From the human T2T-CHM13v2.0 reference genome, Homo sapiens, in the NCBI RefSeq assembly GCF_009914755.1, contig NC_060938.1: 64,000 nucleotides of DNA; one strand, 5' to 3'. This document shows, piece by piece, positions 34,829-49,657 of the stretch (position 1 is the stretch's first letter; the number at the start of each line of letters is the position of its first letter). Under the pieces are notes generated by a model. That model saw nothing but the letters and a program-made list of their open reading frames with translations, was not told where the DNA came from and ran no database searches. The position numbers were made by a program, and so were the translations under genes.

Positions 34829-35773
34829 ATGGAGGGGTTCAACTGTTCCAGAGTATCTGAATTCATGTTACTTGGACTTACTGATTCTCCTGAACTCCAG
34901 AGATTCTTTTTTGTGGTATTTTCTGTCTTCTATTTAATGACCATGTTGGGCAACTGCCTGATTTTGCTCACTGTGCTATCCACCTCACACCTTCACTCTC
35001 CCATGTACTTCCTGCTCAGCAACCTGTCTCTCATTGACATGTGCCTGTCCTCCTTTGCCACACCAAAGATGATTATGGACTTTTTTGCTCTGCGTAAGAC
35101 CATCTCTTTTGAAGGCTGCATTTCTCAGATCTTTTTTTTGCACCTCTTCACCGGGACTGAGATTGTGCTGCTGATCTCCATGTCTTTTGACAGGTATATT
35201 GCCATATGTAAACCTCTCCATTATTCAACAATTATGAGCCAAAGAGTGTGTGTTGAGCTTGTGGCAGTTTCTTGGACAGTGGGCTTTCTGCATACAATGA
35301 GCCAATTAGCTTTTACCCTCTATTTGCCCTTCTGTGGTCTCAATGTTGTAGACAGTTTTTTCTGTGATCTTCCTTTGGTCATCCAGCTAGCTTGTATGGA
35401 TATTTATGTTCTTGGGATCTTCATGATTTCAACCAGTGGTGTGATTGCTCTTATAAGTTTTCTGCTTTTGCTCACCTCCTACATCATTGTTCTTATTACT
35501 GTCAGGGACTACTCCTCCACAGGATCCTCCAAGGCTCTTTCTACCTGTACAGCACATTTTATTGTTGTGTTAATGTTCTTTGGGCCCTGTATTTTCATTT
35601 ATGTGTGGCCTTCCACAAACTTCCTGGTAGACAAAATTCTCTCTGTTTTCTATACCATCTTCACTCCCTTTCTGAATCCACTTATCTATACTTTGAGAAA
35701 CCAGGAAGTGAAGACAGCAATGAAGAAGAAACTGAATATTCAGTATTTCAGTCTTGGGAAAACTGCTCCGTGA
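34829..35773 (+). CDS. OR4K6P: Olfactory receptor family 4 subfamily K, intact 314-aa ORF at the position of OR4K6P
   Basis: NCS sequon, [50 protein letters not shown]; similar to the OR4K3 and OR4K2 ORFs in this window. Symbol inferred from recalled gene order OR4N2-OR4K6P-OR4K3-OR4K2. Confidence 0.75.
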   Translation: MEGFNCSRVSEFMLLGLTDSPELQRFFFVVFSVFYLMTMLGNCLILLTVLSTSHLHSPMYFLLSNLSLIDMCLSSFATPKMIMDFFALRKTISFEGCISQIFFLHLFTGTEIVLLISMSFDRYIAICKPLHYSTIMSQRVCVELVAVSWTVGFLHTMSQLAFTLYLPFCGLNVVDSFFCDLPLVIQLACMDIYVLGIFMISTSGVIALISFLLLLTSYIIVLITVRDYSSTGSSKALSTCTAHFIVVLMFFGPCIFIYVWPSTNFLVDKILSVFYTIFTPFLNPLIYTLRNQEVKTAMKKKLNIQYFSLGKTAP

Positions 35774-38700
35774 TACTTCATGCAATGAATAGAGATCTCC
35801 TTTGTGAGATATAATATCAACAGTTAGGCTCTTAGAGCAATCAAAAAATTAAACTTAGAATTTACTTTTCAAATCATTTAGTTTAGATTTATGAAAAGAA
35901 GTCAGGGATAAGAAACGTGCGACATCTTGATGAAAAGTTAGCGCAGTGTTTACAAACCTTTTGAGTTATGGGTCTATTTGATAATCTGGTGAAATGTAAA
36001 GGTTATTTTCATAGAAAAATGAACATATCATCAAAATTGTGAACATAAATTCAGGACTTCATAGACCTCTGGATCCTACAAACATACCTCGGATTAAGAC
36101 TACTTAAAAAAGCCTGAGATAAAATATGAATCTCCTGTTTTCTAGTCCAGAATATTCCCATTCTGTACAGCCTTGTGGTACTCTGATGGTGTTTAGATTA
36201 ATTTAGAACTATAATTAGCAGTGTAGGACAAAACAAGTATAACACTGGAAATACTTTTATGGGAAAATGTATACTGTGAAGAGATTCTTTTAGGTAATGT
36301 TCAACAATCTTGATTTAAGGGGTTCAGTTGTTCGAGTTCTGTGTCAACTTTGAAAATAAGAGAACAGTTCAAAGATTCAGAAATTTAACAATACAGTTTC
36401 TTAATAGGTGTTTATACCACTATCACACTTCATAATTAATATAGCAAATAATCAAATAATAATTTGTAAAGTTTAAATCATAGACAGTAAACTACTCAAA
36501 TCTGACTGGCTTTCAAAATCTGGCTGAAAATTATAAGTATGATGAACTTATTGACTACCAAGACTCAATGTTTGGGAAAAATATTAGCTATTAAATTAAT
36601 CATAAGTTTTTCATTTCCAAAATAAATATTGCAGCATATTATTAGTCTTAGAAGAAGCTTTGTGTCTAATTTTCAACATAATGTAACCTGTGGAAAGAAA
36701 GGAAAAAAAGAATTTAAGAAATACATAGCATGATTCTCCCTAATTTGGTATATTATTGATCATGTTAAATAGATTTTTTATTACAAGACAGTCTTTGGAA
36801 ATCAGCCAGCCAGTCCAATTTTCTAACAGCTGAAGTACTGAAGGTCCAGAGAATTCATGGAACAGATTTAAGGCTGAATTACTGTAAGGGGCAAAGACAT
36901 TTCTCTAGACAAACATGGACCCTGGAATTAAATCTTGATTCTGTCATTTCCTAGTTGTATTATCCCTGGGGATTCACTTTACCTCTCTCCCTTTCTCATC
37001 TCTAAAAAGATTGTAAAAGGTAAATTAAATATTTATCATGACTGTTTTATGGCAAGTACACAGAATGGGTTCTAAAAATGTCATTTCTATTTCCCCATAA
37101 CTTCTTCCCAAAATACATCTTATATTAAAGTAGTATGCCTTTGAAGAATAACGTCTTTCAAAAAAAGTCACTAGCAGGTTAAATTCGATATTCTAGTTTT
37201 AGGATGTCTCTAAGACTGCAGCTTGTTAAGACATATGACAGAAAAACGAATAGAACGTTTTCCAGTTTTTCATTACTAATATGGTTGGGGTGACAAAACT
37301 AGGTTAGACTGCATGGTATTTTGATATACTGATAAAAATGTGTCTACTTAAAATGACTGACGTATATAAAAAGAGTTCTGGAAGCAATCGGTCATCATAG
37401 ATTTGAACAGCGAGTAGCATGAGAAAAACACGACTTTGCCTTGCAAAGAAAGAAATGGCATTAATAGTTTTGCCACTTAAAAGTCCAAGATAATTGTAAA
37501 ACATGCTTCAACACAACCTCCAAGCCAAATATTTAACATTAAATAATGTGCAGAAGCTTATGAAGGAATGTAGTGTTGGAGCTAGATAGAAAACCACATT
37601 TTAAATTTGAAACACTAGTTCATTTTAACAAATTATAAACTCTTCCTTATGTCAGCTAAGCAAATAAAAAAAAGGTTAAGGTGGAAATGTACTTTTACCT
37701 CATTTTGACTTTTCTGCCAAAATTCTCATCTTTGTTTTTGGATATAAATCTCTGCTCCTGAAATGTCAATCTTTAGTTCAATAATTATTTGTTGAACATC
37801 TACTCTGTTTCAGGCCCTCGCTGGGTGCCGGAGATCCACTAAAATATAAAATCTGTTTCTCTGTCTTTGAGGGACATGTATCCAGCAATCAGTTAGATCA
37901 GTCTGTTGTAGGCGTCGATTCCAGTGTCACAAATTTCTTGTTTTGCAACGTTGAGCAAGTTTTTTTCAATGTTTCTAAGCCTCAGTTTTTTTACCTACAA
38001 AATGTGGTAATAATATTTAACCATTAGTAATGTTGTGAAAATTAAGCAAAAATACATGTAATATATTTAACGATGCTTGGTGTTCATTAATGCTTTAATA
38101 AATACTAACTAATTATATTTTTGTTATTTTTGCTGTTGTGTTAAACATGCATAAGATAGCAGGTACTAGAATGGAAATAAGGGTTCTTACTTGAAATTAA
38201 ATGGCAGAATTTCATACTGTAATAGGATGTATCGATTTACCTAGTATTAATTATTGTTAAAATACTGGATTTTTGTCAATTATTATTAGTCTTTGATGCA
38301 TTTCTGTTTAGCATTGTCCTTTGTATGTGTTGGCCTTTGCATATTTTTCCAAAGAAGTATTATACTTTTGGGGTTTCTTATTTTGAATTGAAGAATATGC
38401 CAAGATTGCATAAAAGGGAAAAATAATAAATACACTATGTTCAATAGGTCAATGTCTTGTTTTTTGTTTTTTTCACAATGATTTTAAATTAAATAAACAT
38501 AGTTAAAAACTCTGAAGTATTTTGTCCCTCATATCTTACCCATTCAAAAGATAGTAATGGAAAAGCTGTCTTATATATATTAACTGAGAAGTAAATGACT
38601 TAATAGTTATCTATTGAATTTTTTAAAAACACGTTAATAAATAAGGCAGACTTTGTCCAGATTTATAAAAATATAATAAATTTTTTATTTTGAGACATGG

Positions 38701-39739
38701 TAGAATGTACTGTTCAGGAAATTGTTAAAAATAAAACCATAAAATTAAAGCATGAAGTAAGACATTTCATCTGACTAATAAAGTCCTAAAGCTGGAGAAT
38801 AAATATCTAATCTCTACCAGGGAATTTCTGGTAGTGGAGCTTATTTGGGGGGAATCAGTTAAGCCCTGAACTGTGCCCTCAAAGCCTTACTCATGGAGCC
38901 TGGTTAAAATTTCTGCATAAATACAGCATGTCAGATTAGCCATTCTTCAACATGTTACACATGCCAATATCTGAATATGGCTCTCACATTTGCAGTACCC
39001 TTGACTCTTCCTCAGACTGCAGTTTAGGTGACTCACTCTAGAGCCCTTGTCATCAAAGAAGGAAGATGAGTCAGAGGTACAAAGAAAAGAAATTGGAGGT
39101 AGAATGAGAGGAAAAATGGATGTAGTCAAATAAATAATTAGCTATTAATAAATTCACAATTTTGATTCCCCCTTTTTTCTCATCCACTACTCCATACAAT
39201 CCACTAAATAGTCCTCCTATTTTAAAAATATGTATTGACTTAATTTATGTCTCTTCATCTCTGCTGCCATCTCCCTAGACAAGGCAGTCTCTACTGCATA
39301 GTAGTACCAACTCACAGTATACTATTATAGGGTAGTACATAGAGTACTGCTTAGTCAATACCATTGCAACGACCTGCGAGTTGGCCTCTCTACCTTTCTC
39401 CTCATGGTTTCCCATCTTCATTCTCCACATAACAGCAAGAAGTATTTCCAAAACATAAATGTGAGCATGAGGAACAGTGGAGCACAGGTTGAATTCTTCA
39501 TCTGTATATCATATACTCTCAAGAGGTCTATGAATAGAATCCAGGAGGTCTGGGAACCTAGGTGAAAAAAATCACACATGTAATTTTTTTACTAATATCT
39601 AATTGACCTGTAACATTTCTTTCAATTATGAATGTAATCAGTATTATCAATACTTGTAATAATGTCATCACAAATAGATTTATGTCATAAAAAGCTGTTG
39701 CAGACATCTCACAGGATTGTTAAAGATCACTATTTCATT

Positions 39740-42032
39740 TTATTTTTTAACTTTTAAGTTCAGGGGTACAAGTGTAGGTTTGTTACACAGGTAAACTTGT
39801 GTCATGGGAGTTTGCTGCACTGATTACTTCATCACCCAGGTATTAAGCCTACTAATCATTGGTTATTTTTCCTGATCCTCTCCCTCCTCCTACCCTCCTC
39901 CCTCTGAAAGGCCCCACTGTCTGTTGTTCTTCTTTGTGTCCATGTGTACTTAATGTTTAGCTCTTACTTATACATGAGAACATGCAGTATTTGGTCTTCT
40001 GTTTCTGTGTTAGTTAGCTAAGGATAATGACTTCCAGCTCCATCCATGTCCTGGCAAAGGACATGATCTCATTCTTTTTATGGCTGCATAGTATTCCATG
40101 GTGTATATGTACTACATTTTCTTTATCCAGTCTATCATTGATAGGCATTTAGGTTGATTCCATGTCCTTGATATTGTGAATAGAGCTGCAATGAACATAT
40201 ACATGCATAGGTCTTCATAATAGAATAATTTATATTGCTTTAGGTATATACCCAGTAATGGGATTGCTGGGTTAAATGGTATTTCTGTCTTTAAGTCTTT
40301 TTGAGGAATTGCCACAGTGTCTTGCACAATGGCTGAACTAATTTACACCCCCTCCAACAGTGTGTAAGCGTTCCCTTTTCTCTACAACCTCGACAACATC
40401 TGTTATTTTTTGACTCTTTAGCAACAGCCATTCTGACTAGTGTGAGATGGTATCTTATTGTGGTTTTTACTTGCATCTCTCTAATAATCAGTGATGTTGA
40501 GTTTTTAAAATATGATTATTGGCTGCATGTATGTCTTCTTTTGAAAATTGTTCATGTCCTTTGCTCACTTTTTAATAGGTTGTTATTTTCTTGTAAATTT
40601 GTTTAAGTTCATTATAAATGACAGATATTAGACATTTATCAGATGCATAATTTGAAAAAATGTTCTCCTTTTGTGTAGGTTGTGTGTTTACTCTGTTGAT
40701 AGTTTCTTTTGCTGTGCAGAAGCTCTTTGGTTTAATTAGATCTCATTTGTCAATTTTTGCTTTTGTTGCAATTGCTTTTGGCATTTTCATCATGAAATCT
40801 TTTCCCTTGCCTATGCCCTGAATGGTATTGCCTAGGTTGTCTACCAGGGATTTTATAGTTTTGGGTTTTACATTTAAGTCTTTTAACCATCTTGAGTTAA
40901 TTTTTGTATATGGTGTAAGGAAGGAGTTCAGTTTCGATCTGCTGCATATGGCTAGCCAGTTATCCCAACACCATTTATTGAATAGAGAATTCATTTTCCA
41001 TTGCTTGTTTTTGTCAGGTTTGTCAAATATCAGATAGTTGTAGGTGTGTGGTCTTATTTCTGGGTTCTCTATTCTGTTTCATTAGTCTATGTGTCTGGTT
41101 TTGTACCAGTGCCAAACTGTTTTGGTTACTGTAGCCCTGTAATATAGTTTGAATTCAAGGAGCGTGATGCCTTCACCTTTGTTACTTTTGCTTAGGATTG
41201 CCTTGATTATTCAGTCTCTTTTATGGTTCTATATGAATTTTAAAATAGTTTTCTCTAGTTCTGTGAAGAATGTCAATGGTAGTTTGATGGAAATAGCACT
41301 GTGTCTATAAATTGTGTTGGGCAGTATGGCCCCTTTAACGATATTGATTCTTCCTATCCATGAGCGTGGAGTATTTTTCCATTTGTTTGTGTCATCTCTG
41401 GTTTCTTTGAGCAATGTTTTGTAGTTCTCCTTGTAGAAATATTTCACCTCCCTAGTTAGCTTTATTGCTAGGTATTTTATTCTTTTTGTGACATTCGCTA
41501 TTAGATTGCGAATGGAATTTCATTCCTGATTTGGCTCTCAGCTTGACTGTTGTTCATGTATAGGAATACTAGTGATTTCTGAACATTGATTTTGTATCCC
41601 AAGACTTTGCTAAAGTTGTTTATCAGCTTAAGAATCTTTTGGGCTGAGACTATGGGGTTTTCCAGATACAGCATCATGTCATCTGCAAGCAGGGATAGTT
41701 TGACTTCCTCTCTTCCTATCTGAATGCCCTGTATTTCTTTCTCTTGCCTAATTGCCCTGGCCAGAACTTCCAATACTACATTGAATAGGAGTGGTAAGAG
41801 AGGGCATCCTTGTCTTGTGCCAGTTTTCAAGCGGAATGCTTCCAGCTTTTGCCCACTCAGTATAATGTTGGCTGTGGGTTTGTCATATATGGCTCTTAAT
41901 ATTTTGAGGTATGTTCCTTCAAAGTCTACTCTGTTGAGTGTTTTTATCATGAAGGAATGCTGACTTTTATTGAAAGCCTTTTCTGCATCTACTGAGATAA
42001 TGATGTGGTTTTTGTTTTTAGTTCTGTTTATG
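39740..42032 (-). mobile_element. 5'-truncated primate L1 (older L1PA, ~2.3 kb)
   Basis: 3'UTR at ~39740-40050; ORF2 fragments 40112-41950, including [14 protein letters not shown]. Confidence 0.92.
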
Positions 42033-42550
42033 GATCATTACTATTTTAAAATTGGTTTAGCTATTAGATTCTCACTAGATCTTATTCAGTGTGTTCAGAA
42101 AGCACTTGTATTACTATATCACAATTGAAAAAATATTTGAATACTACAGTTTAGTATAATTGATTTTCTTTGTGTTCTTATATTCTTAAGTTTAATTTAT
42201 TTTTAATTGACAATAATTCTACATATTTATGTGGTACATAGTGATGTCATACATACAACATGTAGAGATCAGATCAGGGTAGTTAGGTAGTTAGCATACC
42301 CATCATTTCAAACATTTATCATTTTTTGTTGGGAGTATTTGATATCTTTTCTTCTAGCTATTTGAACGTATAAAAAATATTATTTTTGGCTATAGTCATC
42401 CTACAGTTCTATAAAACATAAGAACTTTTCTCTAATCTAGCTGTGATTTTGTGTCCTTTAACAAATATCTCCCTTTCTCCTTTTTTCTCTACATTTTTCA
42501 GCCTCTAGTAATCTCTATTCTGCTTTTTCCTTCTGTAAGATCAACTTTTT

Positions 42551-42861
<311 letters not shown>

Positions 42862-43304
42862 TTAACTTTTTAAAATTTCCACATAAAAATGAGAACATGT
42901 GATGAACAGCTTTTTGTTCCTGCTTTATTTCACTTAACATAATGTACCCCAGTCCCATACATCTTGTTGCAAATAACATGATTTCATTATTTTTATAGCT
43001 GAGTAATATTCCATTGTATACATGTACTGCATTAAAAAAAATCTCTTCATCTGCTGTCAGACACGGGTTGATTCCATGTCTTGGTTATTGTGAATAGTGC
43101 TGCAATAAATATGAGGCTACAGATGTCTCTTTCATATATCGATTTTCTTTCCTTTGGATAAATGCCCAGTAGTGGGATGGATGGATCATATGGTAGTTCT
43201 ATTTGTAGTTTTGTTTTGTTTTTTAAAGGAAACTCTGTATCATTCTTCATAGTGGCTGTGCTAGTTTATATTCCCACCAATAGTGTATAAGAGTTCCCTT
43301 TTCT

Positions 43305-43618
<314 letters not shown>

Positions 43619-46600
43619 TTATTATTTTGTCTTTTTGATAATAGCCATCCTAACTGGGGTGAGACAACCTATCATTGTGGTTTTGATTTGCACTTTCCTG
43701 ATGATAAGTGATGTTGAGCATTTTTTCCATATATTTATTGGCCATTTGTAATTCCCTGTATATTTTATCTTATGCGTGCAAGATATTATTCTGAGAAGGG
43801 TTCAGACTTCACCAAACTTCCAAAGGGATATATGATGCATTTGTATATGCACACACACACACACACACACAGAGCTAGGAACCCCTGGAGTGGGGATCGA
43901 GAGCACCATAATTGAAACTGGATTGCCTGATTTGAATCTAGTTTTTCACCATTTACCAGGTTTGTGGCTTGGGGAATGTGAATTAGCTTCTCTATTCTAA
44001 TTTTCTCATCATCTTCTAAGCAGAGTTTGTAAGTTAGCAGGCTGCAAGCCACAACTGTCCTCTATTCCCAACATGTTTTGTGTTCCCTCAAAGATTTTTA
44101 AAGAAATCAAGTTAATTACCAAAATTAGATAGTGGAAAATTTCACAAACAAATATAGATTTATTTATTTTCATGAAAAATGAAACAACAAATACAAGCCT
44201 GACAATATTTGGCCAGAATTCCAAGTTGGAGCTGAGCTTTTAGATCGAATTACAACCAGAGGCCTCATCTCTCTGTTTTGTTTTGCACCAGGTCACTCCA
44301 TTCATATATATTACACCAGCAATTCTGCCTACATGAATAGAGCAGCCTGGTGCAAAACAGAACATGCCCTTTCTACCACCATGCGTACAACTTTTTTTGC
44401 ATCTCTAACTCTCACTTTACTGTAATCCACCCTTGTTCCTAGCCTTTCATGCCTTACTCTCAACCAACATAGCATTCGTTGAATCACCAGGAATATAATG
44501 TTCTTACAAATTAATCCTATATGAGACATTAGGTCAAGCAGGGTTATAGAATCTGTTATACTTCCATCCTCTTCTTGTGTTATACCTCTCTCCCCTTGTG
44601 TCCTGATTCGTTTTCTGTTTGCACTCTAGCAGAAATCTGTTTTCAGTCATTGGCATTTCATTACACATTGAAGAGCTATGCTAGCACTTCCAAGGATACG
44701 TCTAATTATAAGAGGATGGGATTTTTCTCTAGATGAAGTATCTCAGAATTAGTAGGGAGGAGATGACTGTCATAAGTTGGATTTTCTGCCTTTTAGGCTC
44801 CTCTCAGTAAAGATAATCCAGGAAATGTTTTTTGGCCCTTTTTACAAATCAGAATCTGTGAGATGTACTGAGGAAACAGAAATGATAATACAACTTTCCT
44901 ATCCTCGAAGAGATTATATTCTAACAAGAGGAAAGATAATTGCCATGGTATAAATTTGCATTCAGTGATATGGGAACCTAGGAAAAGGCAAGTCTGAATG
45001 TCCCTTGCAAAGTCAGAGTAAGCTTGGAGATCAGAGGTAGTGCTCAATTTGAGATCTGGATGACAGGTTGGAGTAAAATAAGCCAGGAAGGGAAGAGCAT
45101 GAACAAAGGCAGAGGAGCATAAAATGCCCAATGAATTCAGGAGCTGCATTTGGTTTACTATTGCTGGAGCACAAGATATTAAGTTAGTAGTAGTGGAAAG
45201 AGAATCTGTGCTGATAGGAGGTGGTCAGAGCCTTGGATGCTACTATAATAAAAACATTAGGCCTATTGTAGAGGTGATGGGGAAGCATTGATTAAGTGGG
45301 GGCAGACTACCAGCAGCTGCTTAACTTTTATCCAGTTTCTGCTGTGAGAACTTTTTACAGACTTCTCGGGTGATTTGCTGAGGAAGTTTTATCTTATTTT
45401 TCTATGTAGTGGATAAAAAGGTGCTAAACATATAGTCTGCACTTGAAGACTATATTGGAGCTACAGAAGAAAAGTTATCCTTGTTCTTCTTGTCTCTTTC
45501 CACCCCTGCTGTATAACTTTGAATTTGCTTGTTTGACCCACATACTGAGACTTGGCTTATGTGGAGTTATGTGGACTATTAGCCTAGTAATTTCCAGCCC
45601 GAAGTCTCTCTTTTTCCTCTTATTACCTTCTTTCCTCATCACCTTATGTCTTGAAGCAAATTCTCAGAGTCTCTTTACCTCCCATACTCTGAAATGACCT
45701 ATTGGTTTCTAGAAATCTGTTCCTCTGCATTGCAATTTTTGCATTTTCACAGATGTGGCAGTTGGTGGAAGCCTAGACATTAAGATGATAGAACACCTGG
45801 AGGGGAGCAGGAAGGACTGCCAAAGAGATCTAGATATCCCTCACAAGGGAGGCACTGCTCAGCACTTGTTTTTCCAGGTGTGAAGTATCCTGACCTGATA
45901 CTAGTTTTGACAATTTTCATCCACTATTGATGAATATCATATATTTATTTATTCTCAAATATTTATTACTAAAAGTTTATAATGTGATGGGCATTATTTT
46001 ATGGATTACAGAAAAAATAGCAGTGAGGCTTGGAAATAGAAAGCAACAAATTACTACAATGTAGGATTCTGCCTACCTCCACAGCCCTATTTTGCATTTT
46101 TCTCCCCCTTGAACACTAACTTCCCTTTTCTTCTAGTGTGCCGGGCTCCATGCTGTTGGGGCCTTTCCCAAATGCTATTATATCTGTGTAATGATATCCA
46201 TTTGCTCAACCTGCCTGTGTCCTGTACATGTACCCTCAGGACTAAACCTTGATGGAATTTCTCCAAGAAGTCTTCCAATGACCACAGCAACCGGGGAAGG
46301 TTCCAACATTATATGTTCTTTTGCTATTCTATACATGTTCCTAATAGTGCACAGCATAATTATAATTAGAAATGATTATGCTATCCTTTATTGAATACCT
46401 TTATATCCCCCCTCTAGACTAGAATTCCTTGAGGGTAGAGCGAAATACATCATATTTACTCTCTATTGCCAACAAGTAACAGAAGGTCTGGCATACAGAT
46501 ACTCATGCACTTGTTGAAATATTAAATGAGCTGCAATGATAGAAGTATCTGCAGGTTAGTTTTGGAATATAGAGGAGGGATTGGCCAATTATGACAGGTA

Positions 46601-47799
46601 TAAAGGAAGGTTAATTGATGTAACAGAATGTGGTGATAGTCTAGTAGAATCTTAAAATAGGATCTTAGGACAGCAGGATTGAGGGGAGAGCATTCTAGGC
46701 AAAAGGAAGAGCATATGCAAAATGTGGAGGGTAAAACAACATGATGTGTTCTGAGAAGCGGAACTCATCCATCAGTTTAGAAGAAAAAGATGCTGGTTAG
46801 GAGACTGGTAAGCTATGAAGCTAAAGATTTAGGCATTTAGATAAACATTAAACTACTTATAAAGGCAATTTTCTATTTACAAATGTGCATACCTTTTGAA
46901 ATAAAATCTTATTACTGAGGATTTATTCTATGAATATGTCTGGATATGCAAGAAATGGTATATGTTCACTATTACTTATCGTGGCACTATAATAAAATAA
47001 ATAGGAGAAAACTTCATTACCTATCAATAAGATACAAATTAAATAAATTATCCATAGAGTGAAATAATATGAAATGGTAAAAATAATTAGAACTCTCTGT
47101 ACTGATATTAAAAGCTCTCTTCCATACTATTAAGTAAACAAAAAAAAAGTTCAGATATGTAAAACGAATACTCATTTTAAATGATAAGAGGCAAAAAGTA
47201 TTAATCTAACCAAATCTGCTTGTATTTGGTTAAAGAAAACACAGATATGGTAACAAAAATTAAATAAAATTAATAAAGTAGATTCAGATGCGTGTGTGTT
47301 TGTGCATGTGTATGCATACATGCAAGGGAAACTGGAGAGATAAGAGCAGGGATGGAAAGCACACTTTCAATTTTATATATTTTGATATTATTCTGATTTA
47401 TTCTTTTTTATTATATTACCTTATTTTTATTTTAGTATTATACCATGCTTCAGTTTTATCTTCTTATCAAGGTTGATATACACCCTTTCTTTATAGAATT
47501 TCTTATCAATATCTTTATTTAAACAGTTACATTTTTAATTATGAACATGACAATTTCAGCAAAAATAATGTACCAACTTTGTGCCAATAGTAGTGGAGGA
47601 TGCAAAGGAAGGCAAAATCTAGTGCTCTGGAGAATCTTCCAATTTAGTCAGGAAGACATGCAGCACATAACTAGGTGTATGTGTAAGTATTTTACCATAG
47701 GTCTACAACATTCATGACATAATCTCAGCTGCACAGGGCAATGGGAACACCTTAAGTATTGTCAGGTAAAATAATAAGAAAATGTAAGTGATATTTTAG

Positions 47800-47922
47800 C
47801 AGTCAGTTATGCTCACTACCTGGGTGATGAGATCATTTGTACCTCAAACTTCAGCATCATGCAATATACCCATGAAACAAACCTGTACGTGTACCCTCTG
47901 AATATAACGTAAAAGTTGAAAT
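47800..47922 (+). mobile_element. Short L1 (L1PA16/L1PB-like) 3'UTR terminal fragment
   Basis: gctcactacctgggtgatgagatcatttgtacc...aaacctgtacgtgtaccctctgaat...aaaagttgaaa. Confidence 0.75.
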
Positions 47923-47924
47923 GT

Positions 47925-48295
47925 TTTGTACATATTATGGGGTACATGTGATGTTTCGATACAGGCATACAATGTCTAATGATCAAATCTGGGTAACTGA
48001 GGCATCCATAACCTCAAGCGTTTATCATTTCTTTGTGTTAGGAGCACTCCAGTTCAACTCATTTCGTTATTTTTAAATATACAGTAAATTATTGTTAATT
48101 ATAGTCACCCTATTGTGCTACCGAATACTAGACCTTATTCCTTCTGTCTAACTGTATTTTTGTACCCATTAGCTATATCCTTTTTACCTCTCCCTCCCCA
48201 CTACTCTTCCCAGCCACCAGTAGCCATCATTTTATTCTCTCCATGAATTCAATTTTTTTAGCTCCCAAATATGAGTGAGAACATGTGATATTTGT
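47925..48295 (-). mobile_element. L1MA-like 3'UTR copy, left arm of inverted repeat
   Basis: Reverse complement aligns to 48786-49141. Confidence 0.88.
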
Positions 48296-48376
48296 GTAAG
48301 TCAGCTTAATAGACAGCTTCTGAACAGCTTGGCTAAAGAAACATACATTGTATTTTTTTCTTTTTTTTTTTCCTAA

Positions 48377-49185
48377 CTAATGTTGGTGAGGATGTGGATA
48401 AAAGGGAACCTTCGTATGCTCTTGGTGGGAATGTAAACTGGTACAGCCACTATGGAGAACATTATGGAGTTTCCTTAAAAAACTAAAAATAGTACTACTA
48501 TATAATCCAGCAATCCCATTCCTGGGTACATATCCAAAAGAAAGGAAATCAGTATATTGAAGAGATATCTGCTCTCTCATGTTTATTTCAGCACTATTCA
48601 AATAGCCAAATATGGAATCAACCAAAGTGTCTATCAACGGACGAATGGATAATTAAACTGTGGTACACATACACAGTGAAATATTTTTCAGCTATACAAA
48701 TGATGAAATCCTGTTATTTGCAAAAGCATGGATGGAACTGAAGGACATCATGTTAAGTGAAGTAAATCAGGCATGAAAAGACAACTATCACATGTTCTCA
48801 CTCAATTTCTCATATCTCAGCTAAAAATAATTGAACTCATGGAGAGAGAAAGTAGAATGATGGCTACTGGAGACTAGGAAGGGTAGTGGGGAGGGAGATA
48901 TAAAGAGGATATGGTTAACGGGTACAAAAATACAGTTAGAAGGAATAAGGTCTAGTATTCGGTAGCACAATAGGGTGACTATAGTTAACAATAATTTATT
49001 GTATATTTAAAAATAACTAAAACAGTTGAACTGGAGTGCTCCTAACACAAAGAAATGATAAACGCTTGAGGTTATAGATGCCTCAGTAACCCAGATTTGA
49101 TCATTACACATTGTATGCCTGTATCAAAACATCACATGTACTGTATAAATATATACAACTATTATGTATTCATAGTATTTAAAAC
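48377..49185 (+). mobile_element. L1MA-like 3' end, containing the right arm of inverted repeat
   Basis: tgttggtgaggatgtgg..aaagggaacc...; 3'UTR ends acatcacatgtactgtataaatatatacaactattatg. Confidence 0.9.
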
Positions 49186-49355
49186 AGTACTATGATTTTT
49201 GAAACATGGGAACATATTATCTATTAAAAACATACTGGAAATATAAAATGGAAGCAAGGAAGGAGGGAAGGAAGGAAGAAAGGAAAGCAAGTCCAGATTA
49301 AATCCTGGCTCCATAATTTATTAGTGGTACAATGTTAGTTAAATCACTTAAACTT

Positions 49356-49657
<302 letters not shown>

